Assembly: GCA_041494705.1 (NCBI GenBank)
Contig: JBGQBI010000003.1
Location: 150,001 to 182,000, forward strand
Reading direction: 5' to 3'
Source: Candidatus Methanoperedens sp.
GTDB taxonomy: Archaea; Halobacteriota; Methanosarcinia; Methanosarcinales; Methanoperedenaceae
Length of the DNA: 32,000 bases
Part shown: positions 1 to 12,256 of the stretch, in pieces
Position numbering within the stretch: the stretch's first letter is position 1
Layout of the letters: each line of letters opens with the position of its first letter
Position numbers and translations under genes: made by a program
The notes under the pieces: generated by a model
The model's database searches: none
What the model was told of the DNA's origin: nothing
Seen by the model: only the letters and a program-made list of their open reading frames with translations

Positions 1-455
1 AGAGCAGTAAAAGACCGTTTATTTATTACGTAGAGTGCATGAGTGCTTGCGACAAATCTTTTGTTAAAAACTTTAGATAATATTTTTGCGATGAATGAAG
101 CATTGAATCCCTGTGCATGTATTACATCAACCCTACCTGGATTTTGCAGCATGAAAATAAAGCTTCTGAAAAGAAGCCAAGGCGTGAGATAAAAAAATTC
201 AAGAAATGGGTATTTTTCAAGTTTATGAAATAAATTCAAACCAAACCATGAATATCTCCTAATATCGAGGTTATCATTTTTCTCAACAGCTTTGCCTCTT
301 GCTTTTGTTGTGATTGGTTGGTAGGTAAGAACATAAACCATGCAAACGTTTTTCCTCAAATACTCACACAGGTCATGGAGATGTGTTTCAACTCCACCTA
401 TATTCGGTCTGAAAAAAGGAGATATAATCAGTACTTTTTCTTTTTGTATTTTCAT
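1..455 (-). CDS. Glycosyltransferase, GT-B/GT4-like N-terminal part (partial; 3' end lies beyond the left window edge)
   Basis: My own minus-strand translation from ATG at 455-453 stays open to nt 1: MKIQKEKVLIISPFFRPNIGGVETHLHDLCEYLRKN...VDVIHAQGFNASF. The Gly-rich GGVE loop and layout resemble GT4 N-domains. It is absent from the ORF track because it is open-ended. Confidence 0.6.
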   Translation of the reverse strand, partial: MKIQKEKVLIISPFFRPNIGGVETHLHDLCEYLRKNVCMVYVLTYQPITTKARGKAVEKNDNLDIRRYSWFGLNLFHKLEKYPFLEFFYLTPWLLFRSFIFMLQNPGRVDVIHAQGFNASFIAKILSKVFNKRFVASTHALYVINKRSFTA

Positions 456-468
456 TTTTTTAAACTTC

Positions 469-1587
469 CTAATTCTCGATGAGTTCTTTTATATCAATTT
501 TGGGGAGTGAACTGACATACTTGAGTATATTATTCCTGTATTGTTCCTGCGCATGAAAAATCTTAAATATCGAATTTATGAATTCGGTCTCAGATGGCTC
601 GATAACAAGGCCTAACTCATTATCTCTAACTACCGATGAAAAAAATCCAATACCGTCTGTAACAATAACAGGAAGCATATACTGGATATAATGCATAATT
701 TTTCCGGGAATGGTGTAATATGAGTAGGTTTGTTTTAATGTTAGTATGTTTATCCCACAAAAGCAATCAGATAATATCTTAATTAATTGATCTGTTTCAA
801 CAAAGCCTAAAAATTTAACATATTGTTCGACATGATATTGCTTGGATAATTGCTTAAAATACTCGTAATGGTGAGTTTTTGGACCAATGATTATTAAAGA
901 AACGTCTTCTTCCTGCCTTATTTTGTTCAGCGCCTTTATTGCTAAATCCAAGCCAGAATCTTTCCTCATCTGTCCAATAAAGCATATATTTTTACTCATT
1001 TTGTTAGGGGAGATTGCACTTATTTTAATTCTCGGGTTAAATATGTATAATTTTTCTTTTTTCGCAATTTTTCTGCCCCAAAATTTATATCGCGCTTCGG
1101 ATAGTCTCGGAGTATGGTTTAAAACTACGTCATTAAGTTTGCATGCAAGATAATCATTAATTGGAAAAAGTAAATTATTGGCAACATAGCTGAAAAAGTT
1201 TTTTTTATTAACAGGATTTACGAGCCAATCGCCCGGTACGTATATAGATTCATCACACAGACGGCACTTGCGTAATAACCCTACAATAACCGCTGCATCG
1301 GTATTCTCAACCCAGACTACTCTGGGTCGAAATTTCCAGCAAATTAGAAAAAAAAGTTTTAAAATTTTGACAGTGTTGAAGATGTAAAAATACTTGTGAT
1401 TTTTGGTTTTAAAATACCAAATAATGTTATCTTTTAAGTAAATATTGGATGGTTTATAGCGAACCGTTATTTTCTCCAGGTCATGAATCAGGATAATGGA
1501 ATTCTTGCTGTAATTAATAATATCATTTTCAAAGGACTCTGTATCGGAAGAATTCATTTTAAATGCTAAAATATCTGCTTTGACCAT
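469..1587 (-). CDS. Putative glycosyltransferase (GT-B type C-terminal domain)
   Basis: ORF track 469..1590 begins at a TTG; the first ATG is at 1587. The C-terminal half (GQMRKDSGLDLAIKAL..IIIGPKTHHYEYFKQL..VKFLGFV..IPGKIMHYIQYMLPVIVTD) is laid out like a GT1/GT4 donor-binding domain. The N-terminal half is unrecognised. Confidence 0.6.
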   Translation of the reverse strand: MVKADILAFKMNSSDTESFENDIINYSKNSIILIHDLEKITVRYKPSNIYLKDNIIWYFKTKNHKYFYIFNTVKILKLFFLICWKFRPRVVWVENTDAAVIVGLLRKCRLCDESIYVPGDWLVNPVNKKNFFSYVANNLLFPINDYLACKLNDVVLNHTPRLSEARYKFWGRKIAKKEKLYIFNPRIKISAISPNKMSKNICFIGQMRKDSGLDLAIKALNKIRQEEDVSLIIIGPKTHHYEYFKQLSKQYHVEQYVKFLGFVETDQLIKILSDCFCGINILTLKQTYSYYTIPGKIMHYIQYMLPVIVTDGIGFFSSVVRDNELGLVIEPSETEFINSIFKIFHAQEQYRNNILKYVSSLPKIDIKELIEN

Positions 1588-1658
1588 CAATGAATCTCCA
1601 TATAATTTCCTTATTTTGATTAAACAATCTATTTTATTTTATAGTTTATATGAATAAT

Positions 1659-5091
<3,433 letters not shown>

Positions 5092-5146
5092 ATATTCCCA
5101 TAGTCGCTTATGTAAAAGCAAATGTTCACCGTTTCATCTTCCGTTA

Positions 5147-6193
5147 TTAATCAGCGCCCCACCATCTGTTCGGGAACTTCTTTTTGATTATTTCATCCCC
5201 TTCGCAAAGGGACTCTAATCCATACGCCCTCATATCCGCATCAACCATTATTTTAACCAGTTCTTTGAATTTAATTCCAGGTTTCCATTTTAGTTTTTTT
5301 ATAGCCTTGCTTGAATCTGCAATCAATTCTTCAACTTCGGTAGGTCTGTAATATCTTGGATCTATCTTTATATATTCATCCTGGTCAAGACCAGCATAAG
5401 AAAACGCCTCATCTACGAATTCCCTGACCGAGTGCGCCTCTCCGGTTCCTATAACAAAGTCCTCAGGGTTTTCATTTTGAAGCATTTTCCACATGAATGC
5501 AACATATTCCGGCGCATAACCCCAGTCCCTTCTGGCATCAAGGTTGCCCAGAAAAAGGCTATCCTGTTTTTTTGCTAATATTGCTGCAATAGCCCTTGTT
5601 ATTTTCCTTGTTACAAATGTTCCACCCCTTCGCGGTGATTCATGGTTAAACAATATCCCATTGCATGCAAAAATCCCATATCCATCCCGGTAATTTGCAG
5701 CCATCCAGTAGGCATAAACCTTGGCTGCTGCGTAGGGACTTCGGGGAATGAAAGGAGTTGATTCGTTTTGCGGCGGTAGCGAGGCTCCAAACATTTCGCT
5801 GCTGGAAGCCTGGTAAAATTTTATGTTATTCCCGCTCCTCCTTATCGCTTCCAGAATCCGTGTCGTGCCAAGAGCAGTGATATTGCCGGTGTATTCGGGA
5901 GCATCAAAGCTGACCCTGACATGACTTTGCGCGCCTAAATGATACACTTCATCGGGTTTTATGTTATAAATAACATTTGAAATTTGTTCAGAATCGGAAA
6001 GGTCGCCGTAGTACATAAAGAGCCTCGCATCGGGCTTGTGCGGGTCGACATAAATATGATCAATCCTGGAAGTGTTGAAAGTGCTCGCTCTTCTTATAAT
6101 CCCGTGTACTTCATAACCTTTTGAGAGTAAAAACTCCGCAAGATATGAGCCATCCTGTCCCGTTATTCCGGTTATCAGCGCTTTTTTAGTCAT
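5147..6193 (-). CDS. gmd: GDP-mannose 4,6-dehydratase
   Basis: [38 protein letters not shown] and [12 protein letters not shown] are classic Gmd motifs. The track ORF starts at TTG 6229; ATG 6193 (MTKKALITG) is the likely start. Confidence 0.92.
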   Translation of the reverse strand: MTKKALITGITGQDGSYLAEFLLSKGYEVHGIIRRASTFNTSRIDHIYVDPHKPDARLFMYYGDLSDSEQISNVIYNIKPDEVYHLGAQSHVRVSFDAPEYTGNITALGTTRILEAIRRSGNNIKFYQASSSEMFGASLPPQNESTPFIPRSPYAAAKVYAYWMAANYRDGYGIFACNGILFNHESPRRGGTFVTRKITRAIAAILAKKQDSLFLGNLDARRDWGYAPEYVAFMWKMLQNENPEDFVIGTGEAHSVREFVDEAFSYAGLDQDEYIKIDPRYYRPTEVEELIADSSKAIKKLKWKPGIKFKELVKIMVDADMRAYGLESLCEGDEIIKKKFPNRWWGAD

Positions 6194-6225
6194 TTTAATT
6201 TGCCCTTTTATCTTATGCCCACAGG

Positions 6226-7251
6226 TCAATTATTCCATCTGCTTCTATCCTCTTCTGCTGTATGGATCATATTCCTCACCGCGCCGAATCCATATACATT
6301 CAGCGTTATCCAGCACGCCGGTATATGAAACCACCACGCTCTATCCTGTTTCTGCCAGTAACCTCTCAAAAGTTGGGACACCAGCGGAAGAATAATTATC
6401 GTATAAACAATGAATTTCAACAGCTTCATTTTGCCAAGGCTTCCCCAGGGATACTTCCTGAGCTTCTGCTCTTTATAATACGCATAGTCCTTAATCCTTC
6501 GCCTCTGCTTTTTTATGAAAGTAAAAACATCCCCGGAGAAAAGATGCACAATTCCCACCTTGACTTTCGCAAACTTATTCTTTCTCTGTGTTATCAGTTC
6601 ATAAACAATGTCGATGTCAAACAGGTAATCACCTATAGAACAGCCCATCAGCGCGTCCCGCCTTACAAGGAACCCATTAGCGCCTATCGTTGGCAGCTTC
6701 TTATCATCAAGTTCGATCTTAAGATAGTTCCCCTTATCTTCCTGGATCACAGGCATCTCAGTCCATTTACCTGTTACCATGCACATCCGGTCATAATTCC
6801 CAAGGAATAAACACAGCGGGTCGTTCATCCCCAGCATGGCGCAGTATCGCGTGATATACCCATCCTCCTTTCGATAAGTGTAATAAAGCGGCTCAGTCCC
6901 TGCGATCTCCCTGTCCTGGAATGGTTCAGTCATGCGGGAAAGCCAGTCCCTTGAAGGAAGGATATTGTCCGAATCTATGAGGGCGATGATCTCATTTGTT
7001 GCATGTTTCACACCTGCGGCTTTGCCTGCTTCACCTGTTTTAAGAGGATTTGGATAGATATTATCCGTGTATTTTCGGGCTATTTCAAGTGTGCTGTCGG
7101 TTGAGCCGCCGTCTGCGATAATAATTTCGATATCTCCCCGGTAGTCCTGGTTTTTGATGGACTCAAGGCAATCTGCCAGTGTTTTGGCAGAGTTATACGT
7201 GGGGGTTATGATGGAGATAGAAGGGTTCCTGTCATATAAGCTATGCGCCAC
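6226..7251 (-). CDS. GT2 family glycosyltransferase with C-terminal TM segments
   Basis: [23 protein letters not shown] and the IDSDN (DxD) motif. GTG start at 7251. C-terminal hydrophobic helices ([35 protein letters not shown]). Confidence 0.85.
   Translation of the reverse strand: MAHSLYDRNPSISIITPTYNSAKTLADCLESIKNQDYRGDIEIIIADGGSTDSTLEIARKYTDNIYPNPLKTGEAGKAAGVKHATNEIIALIDSDNILPSRDWLSRMTEPFQDREIAGTEPLYYTYRKEDGYITRYCAMLGMNDPLCLFLGNYDRMCMVTGKWTEMPVIQEDKGNYLKIELDDKKLPTIGANGFLVRRDALMGCSIGDYLFDIDIVYELITQRKNKFAKVKVGIVHLFSGDVFTFIKKQRRRIKDYAYYKEQKLRKYPWGSLGKMKLLKFIVYTIIILPLVSQLLRGYWQKQDRAWWFHIPACWITLNVYGFGAVRNMIHTAEEDRSRWNN
6940..6979. repeat. 40-nt direct repeat, copy A (inside the intact GT2 gene)
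   Basis: aagccaGtcccttgaaggaaggatattgtcCgaatctatg matches 7823-7862 at 38 of 40 positions. Confidence 0.85.
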
Positions 7252-7267
7252 CTTTTGTTCGATGCTT

Positions 7268-7522
7268 TCATGCCTCCTGCATGATTTTCTCGCGCACCCA
7301 TGAATTAATCAACTTGTCATAGCTCTGTCTTTTCTTCTGTGCGATTTTCTTAAGCTTTTCTGAGAGGTCATGGTCTATTTTCAATAGTATCCTGCGCTGC
7401 TCAAGGCATACCTCAATTTCAACCGGCTCGGTATCCTCTAAATGATCGGCAAAGCTGTGGGTATCCCAGTAGTCTGCCGCTTCTTCTAAGGATCTAAAGT
7501 CGGGGATTTTTAATTTTGTCAT
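7268..7522 (-). CDS. brnA: BrnA-type (CopG/RHH-like) antitoxin
   Basis: 84 aa. The FRSLEEAADYWDTHSFADHLED N-terminal part and the C-terminal IDHDLSEKLKKIAQKKRQSYDKLINSWVREKI follow the BrnA pattern. Its ATG overlaps the brnT stop (ATGA at 7519-7522). Confidence 0.75.
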   Translation of the reverse strand: MTKLKIPDFRSLEEAADYWDTHSFADHLEDTEPVEIEVCLEQRRILLKIDHDLSEKLKKIAQKKRQSYDKLINSWVREKIMQEA

Positions 7523-7824
7523 AATCTTGAATACAATGATTTTTCCTTACTATCCATTTCTCTGGCACTTATTATTAATGCTTCGTTGTTTCTCTTGGAT
7601 ATAAATACGATAAACAACAGGCGATCCCCATCTGTTCTTCCAAGAGCATAATATATATTCTCTTTAACATAATTTCCTCTGGGTCCACGCCGAAACTTTG
7701 GTTTATTCTTGAAAACTTCCTCTACTTCTGCTATCGTAACATTGTGCTTGTTGCGTATTTTCTCAATAATACTATCCAGCCAGATTATTTCAATGATTTT
7801 TATTCTTATCACCTGTATGCACAA
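7519..7824 (-). CDS. brnT: BrnT (DUF497) family toxin
   Basis: IIWLDSIIEKIRNKHNVTIAEVEEVF...ALGRTDGDRLLFIVFISKRNNEALIISAREMDSKEKSLY matches the BrnT pattern (W-D, KH-V, E-F, G-R-L, ISAR, E-K-x-Y). The start is uncertain: TTG 7824 or GTG 7812. Confidence 0.75.
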   Translation of the reverse strand: MCIQVIRIKIIEIIWLDSIIEKIRNKHNVTIAEVEEVFKNKPKFRRGPRGNYVKENIYYALGRTDGDRLLFIVFISKRNNEALIISAREMDSKEKSLYSRL

Positions 7825-7862
7825 GCCAATCCCTTGAAGGAAGGATATTGTCAGAATCTATG
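7823..7862. repeat. 40-nt direct repeat, copy B (inside the GT2 remnant, abutting brnT)
   Basis: aagccaAtcccttgaaggaaggatattgtcAgaatctatg matches 6940-6979 at 38 of 40 positions. The copies are 883 nt apart in the same orientation. Confidence 0.85.
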
Positions 7863-7945
7863 TCCCGGCGCTTAATGCTTTCAATGCACGAAGCTATTCT
7901 CTTCTCTTCATTGTAGGCTGGAATGGTTACAGGTATGCCGGGAAA
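7823..7945 (-). pseudogene. GT2 glycosyltransferase gene remnant (N-terminal 25 codons fused to the [13 protein letters not shown] segment, no start codon, internal deletion)
   Basis: My own translation gives FPGIPVTIPAYNEEKRIASCIESIKRRD|[13 protein letters not shown]. It then runs into brnT and stops at 7790. It aligns to residues ~10-35 and ~92-104 of the intact GT2 at 6226-7251, with about 57 codons missing between them. Confidence 0.7.
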
Positions 7946-7947
7946 AG

Positions 7948-8838
7948 TCAAAATATCATCTCACTTAAACCGCGCTTCAAATCATATTCTGGCGCCCATC
8001 CCAGCTGGCTTTTTGTCTTCGAAATATCTGCCGTGAATCTATCCACTTCACCATCTCTTGGCTGCATAATTTTATGTTTTGAAGTAGAGTGCATCATCCC
8101 GATTATGATTTCTGCTAACTCCTGCAATGTTGTTGATGTTCCAGATCCAACATTAAAAGTTTCATTTTTATTATAATTCAAAGATTTTATAAATGCTTCG
8201 GCAACATCTTTGATATAAACAAAATCTATAATCTTATCATTGCCAAATATTGTTAAATCCTCTTCTTTTTTTGCTTTTTCAATGAAAATGGGAATAACTC
8301 TCCCTGTATCTCCATAACCATATATATTACTCAATCTCAAAATGACATATTCAAGCCCATAACTATTTGAGTACGATCTGATTATCATCTCTCCACTGAT
8401 TTTGGACGCTGCGTAAGGATTCTCTGGTTTAAGAGGATGCGCAAGATCCACAGGTAAATAATCCGCTGATCCGTATACTTCTCTAGATGATGAAAATATC
8501 AATTTTTTATCATATTTTGCGCTATATCTTGCTACTTTTTCAGTTCCTTCTATATTGTATTTTAACGTAAGATCTGGATTTTTAATAGAGGTCATCACCT
8601 GAGAAACAGCAGCAAGATGAAGGACTATATCACTTTCTTTAACCAATCTTTTAATTAATGCGTCACTGGTAACATCCCCGATTATTATTTTTAAATTATC
8701 CTGATTATCCAGTCTTTCTTCATAACCTCTATAGAGATTATCCAGCACATTAATTTCGTAATCCAGAGGGAGTATTCTTTTAGCAAGATAGCTTCCAACG
8801 AACCCTAATCCACCGGTTATTAATATTTTTTCGCTCAT
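7948..8838 (-). CDS. NAD-dependent nucleotide-sugar epimerase/dehydratase (extended SDR)
   Basis: ILITGGLGFVGSYL (GxxGxxG), SSSREVYG and YAASK (YxxxK). Substrate cannot be assigned from sequence. Confidence 0.85.
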   Translation of the reverse strand: MSEKILITGGLGFVGSYLAKRILPLDYEINVLDNLYRGYEERLDNQDNLKIIIGDVTSDALIKRLVKESDIVLHLAAVSQVMTSIKNPDLTLKYNIEGTEKVARYSAKYDKKLIFSSSREVYGSADYLPVDLAHPLKPENPYAASKISGEMIIRSYSNSYGLEYVILRLSNIYGYGDTGRVIPIFIEKAKKEEDLTIFGNDKIIDFVYIKDVAEAFIKSLNYNKNETFNVGSGTSTTLQELAEIIIGMMHSTSKHKIMQPRDGEVDRFTADISKTKSQLGWAPEYDLKRGLSEMIF

Positions 8839-8899
8839 AGCAATGGAACCACCCTCTAAATTTCAGTTTATGTTTGAACAGATACCACGGACACCTTTC

Positions 8900-10363
8900 T
8901 CAAGATTCGCACTTCTCCTTATTCGAGAAATCAGTAAGATGCCCTGTTACTGACTTCACGCCTCTTTTTATAAACCTCAGGTCATCCGTATTTCTGATAG
9001 ATAGCAGTCTTCTAAGCACGTAGCCTGGCGTAAGGAATACTCTGTATAGCTCCTGTGTCAACTCCTTGATTTCCTGCGCTGTCATAGGACATCTCATAAC
9101 AGGCTCCCGCATATCATACCTGTCCCAGTCTTCAGTCACAAGCCAGCCATTTTCCTTGCATTCCCTGAAAAGAGGAGTTCCGGGATAGGGGATTACAATC
9201 GTCGCCTGCAGCGTCTCAGCCCAGCCTTTTTTGAAAATCTCATGGGCAAGTTTTACCGTACGCAGAGCATCAGTTTTCATTTCCCATGGGTAGCCCATCA
9301 TAACCGTAAGATGCGGGTCAAGCCCGGCTTTTTTAGCCATCCTGCAGGCGTTGGGGATGTCCTCAACTTTCGTGCCCTTGTTGATTCTATCAAGCGTATT
9401 CTGGTTTGCCGACTCAACGCCGTAAAGTATGAACCTGAATCCTGCCTTCGCCATGAGGTTGTATTCCTCCTGATCAAGGGCATTCACGCGCATATTACAG
9501 TGTACATTTACTTTTTTATTGTATCCTCTTTCGATCATGCCTGTGCAAAACTCACGTAGCCATTTTCCTACCGGAAAGGTTCCGGTATCGTCCATTATCT
9601 CCTTCACTTTGTATCTCTCAATAAGCATACCTATCTCATCAAGTAATTTTTCCGGGGTCCTTGTCCTGAAGGACGGGTAGGTAGTAGTCCATGAACAGAA
9701 TGTGCATTTTGCATGCCAGCAGTCACGCCCCACCATTGTGTAGGTACCGGGTGTTCTTTTATAATTGCCGTTGTTCGCGCTGTATAGCGTCCATTTCGTT
9801 AAATCCCGGTCTATGAACGGTAGCTTGTTCAGGTCGTGGTTAAGCTTGAATAGCCCTGTATTCTTTATGTTTCCGTTTTGTCTATACCATATTCCGGGTT
9901 CCAATGCCTCTCCGAGGGTGATATTATTTATCAGATTCAACAACAGAAAATCATAATCTCCGCCTGTTATAATAAAATCGACTTCCGAGTTTTCCATCGA
10001 CTCCTGCGGAAGGGCAGTCACATGGTCACCCATGAGGACAATCTTTGCGTCAGGCATTAAGCTTTTCAGGTCATTCACAATATCCCAGTGTTTTTTGACC
10101 ACCGGTGTTTTTGTTTCTATGGCAATTATATCGGGTTGTTGTCTTTCAATATCCCTGCGCCACTGTTCATAAGTCTTGTTTTCAGCGATTCCATCGTCCC
10201 AAAGAACCTCATAACCATTTACTTTCAGCAAAGTGGCTGCGTAAGCAGGAACCATAGGGTAAATATAAGTGGGATTATTAAACCACTGGAACTGCCTGTT
10301 TTGAGCCAGCAGCGGCGTTCCTTTCGGGCTTTCAAGTGGCGGATAGGATATAGCGATATTCAT
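8900..10363 (-). CDS. B12-binding-domain radical SAM enzyme with CX4CX2C cluster motif
   Basis: The track ORF extends to 10420 over the upstream gene. ATG 10363 (MNIAISYPPLESPKG) lies 1 nt after the upstream TAA. It has a B12-domain-like N-terminal half (IVLMGDHVTALP..DFIITGGDYDF). The motif RDCWHAKCTFC was checked codon by codon at 9695-9721. Confidence 0.85.
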   Translation of the reverse strand: MNIAISYPPLESPKGTPLLAQNRQFQWFNNPTYIYPMVPAYAATLLKVNGYEVLWDDGIAENKTYEQWRRDIERQQPDIIAIETKTPVVKKHWDIVNDLKSLMPDAKIVLMGDHVTALPQESMENSEVDFIITGGDYDFLLLNLINNITLGEALEPGIWYRQNGNIKNTGLFKLNHDLNKLPFIDRDLTKWTLYSANNGNYKRTPGTYTMVGRDCWHAKCTFCSWTTTYPSFRTRTPEKLLDEIGMLIERYKVKEIMDDTGTFPVGKWLREFCTGMIERGYNKKVNVHCNMRVNALDQEEYNLMAKAGFRFILYGVESANQNTLDRINKGTKVEDIPNACRMAKKAGLDPHLTVMMGYPWEMKTDALRTVKLAHEIFKKGWAETLQATIVIPYPGTPLFRECKENGWLVTEDWDRYDMREPVMRCPMTAQEIKELTQELYRVFLTPGYVLRRLLSIRNTDDLRFIKRGVKSVTGHLTDFSNKEKCES

Positions 10364-10364
10364 A

Positions 10365-11324
10365 TTATCTCTCCAGTTCGCAGGCTGCCAGTCCCAATAG
10401 GAAATATATGCCATATACAATGTGTGTAACTATTGTTCCTGTGAATACCAGAGGCAAAAAGCGCATATCTTTTCCGGATACGCTTGCCTTCAGAGAAACT
10501 GCCAGCGCTGCAAACAAATATATAAATAATATTGAAATGTAGAAAAGCTGGATAGAACCAGCCATAAACGGAAAAATAACTCCTGAAGTTATAAAAAGCA
10601 CGAACATTGAGGGGAAAAAATAGTTCAGGCGGAGAGAAGTTTCTGGATATCGTTTTGCAAAAAAGCCCCGGTGCAATCCGAATCTCGATACCTGCGTAAG
10701 ATGCTTCACAAATAATGGTCTTCGGTGGTGGAAAACAACTACATCAGGCGATTCAATCATCTTTTTCCCGAGTTTCTTTATCCCCAGGCATATTAATGTA
10801 TCTTCCCCGGGCCAGTATTTTTCATCCCAGCAGCCGCTCTCCTCCAGAACTGTCCTGCGGGAAATGAAATTACATGAATGGATGTCATCGGATACATGAG
10901 AGTTCCCGATATCGTACCTCTTTGCAAGACCCCCTACCATGAAGGAAGAAAGAACGTATCCGCCAGCTTTCTGAAGGATTGAATCCATTTCCGGTGTGAC
11001 CCCCGGACCTCCGACCGCTGCAACTTCCGGGTCATTGAAATATTTGACTGCATTTTTAAGCCAGTCCCTGCGCGGATACGCATCCGAGTCAATAAATGCC
11101 AGGAGTTCGCCAGTCGAGTGCTTGATTCCAATATTCCTTTTCCTGCCTGGTGAGACTTCACCAGTTGCGATTACTTTTACACCTTCGATTAAAATAGAAC
11201 CATAATCCGGCAGCGCTATTATCTCAAAGTTGTCGTACTCAAGCTCTTTGCACTTAATGAGACACTCTGATGCAAGCGCATCTATACCCTTGCATGGAAT
11301 AATGATAGATATTTTCGTTTTCAT
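10365..11324 (-). CDS. GT2 family glycosyltransferase with C-terminal TM domain
   Basis: ISIIIPCKG, FIDSDAYP (DxD), and C-terminal helices (MFVLFITSGVIFPFMAG, LFIYLFAALAVSL, IVTHIVYGIYFLLGLAA). Confidence 0.85.
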   Translation of the reverse strand: MKTKISIIIPCKGIDALASECLIKCKELEYDNFEIIALPDYGSILIEGVKVIATGEVSPGRKRNIGIKHSTGELLAFIDSDAYPRRDWLKNAVKYFNDPEVAAVGGPGVTPEMDSILQKAGGYVLSSFMVGGLAKRYDIGNSHVSDDIHSCNFISRRTVLEESGCWDEKYWPGEDTLICLGIKKLGKKMIESPDVVVFHHRRPLFVKHLTQVSRFGLHRGFFAKRYPETSLRLNYFFPSMFVLFITSGVIFPFMAGSIQLFYISILFIYLFAALAVSLKASVSGKDMRFLPLVFTGTIVTHIVYGIYFLLGLAACELER

Positions 11325-11383
11325 TTAATCATACTGTGTTGCTAATATGTCATATTTTTCTAGAATGATGAAATGCACCATGA

Positions 11384-12172
11384 TTATTTTAACTTGAGTT
11401 TACTCCCATTAATGCAACCGGATAATAGTTCATCATTGCGTTTGGACAGCCTATTCCTGTCATAATATTTCAGTATTTTCATCCGGTAAAATACTGCCGT
11501 TGTATCGAACAGCATGTTCCATATGGCTTTCTTGTCCACATGGCTGCTAAAACCCATATTAAGCTCTATGGGTGATTCCACTATTTTATAGCCCATACGA
11601 TGGGCATTTGCCAGTATCTCGATATCAAAAGCGTAGCGTTTGACAAGTACCATTGGAAGCACATCTTCCAACACTTCTCTTTTATAAAGTTTCAAGCCGA
11701 CCTGTGTATCTTTTACAGGGATACCAAAAAGTGTTCTTACAAAAAGATAGTAAATGTCACTTAGTATTTTTCGCTGAAACGGATAACTAACTTTTGATTT
11801 TGGATGCCTTTTTGAACCCACGACAGCATCCGCATCATATTTTTTCATATATTCCATTAACCTGAGTATCTGTCCCGGGTGCAGGTTCATATCCGCATCA
11901 ATAAATGCAACCATATCGCCGCTTGCATACTGGAATCCGCGTTTTATGGCAAAGCCCTTTCCCTGGTTGCCTCCATAATTAACAACCTGAATATTCTGGT
12001 TTTGCTTTGCGAATTCCTGCACTTTCTCAAGCGTACCATCAATGCTGCCATCATCTACAACGATTAGCTCGTGATTTATGCCATTTAAGGACGTGATACA
12101 TTCTTTAAGCGTTTCGAGAATAATTCCATTCTCATTGTATGCAGGGATTACAATTGATAATCTTTTTAGCAA
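11384..12172 (-). CDS. GT2 family glycosyltransferase (dolichyl-phosphate hexosyltransferase-like, soluble type)
   Basis: LSIVIPAYNE, VVDDGSIDGT and FIDADMN. TTG start at 12172 per the ORF track. Confidence 0.85.
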   Translation of the reverse strand: MLKRLSIVIPAYNENGIILETLKECITSLNGINHELIVVDDGSIDGTLEKVQEFAKQNQNIQVVNYGGNQGKGFAIKRGFQYASGDMVAFIDADMNLHPGQILRLMEYMKKYDADAVVGSKRHPKSKVSYPFQRKILSDIYYLFVRTLFGIPVKDTQVGLKLYKREVLEDVLPMVLVKRYAFDIEILANAHRMGYKIVESPIELNMGFSSHVDKKAIWNMLFDTTAVFYRMKILKYYDRNRLSKRNDELLSGCINGSKLKLK

Positions 12173-12256
12173 ATTTTGCCACCACTTAATACTGTAAAAT
12201 ATTTTATTCTATATTTAACCTTTCCCTGCACAAAATATGGTTAAAATCCAAAAGGC

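Noticed and set aside
6262-6810. 182-aa + strand ORF antisense to the GT2 gene. Similar long antisense ORFs: 16019-16591 (190 aa), 18913-19338 (141 aa), 28551-29060 (169 aa), 29147-29710 (187 aa).
   Set aside because: Each lies fully inside a gene on the other strand that has clear family motifs. Their translations are low-complexity (Ser/Pro/Leu/Ile-rich) with no recognisable motifs. They are most likely shadow ORFs.
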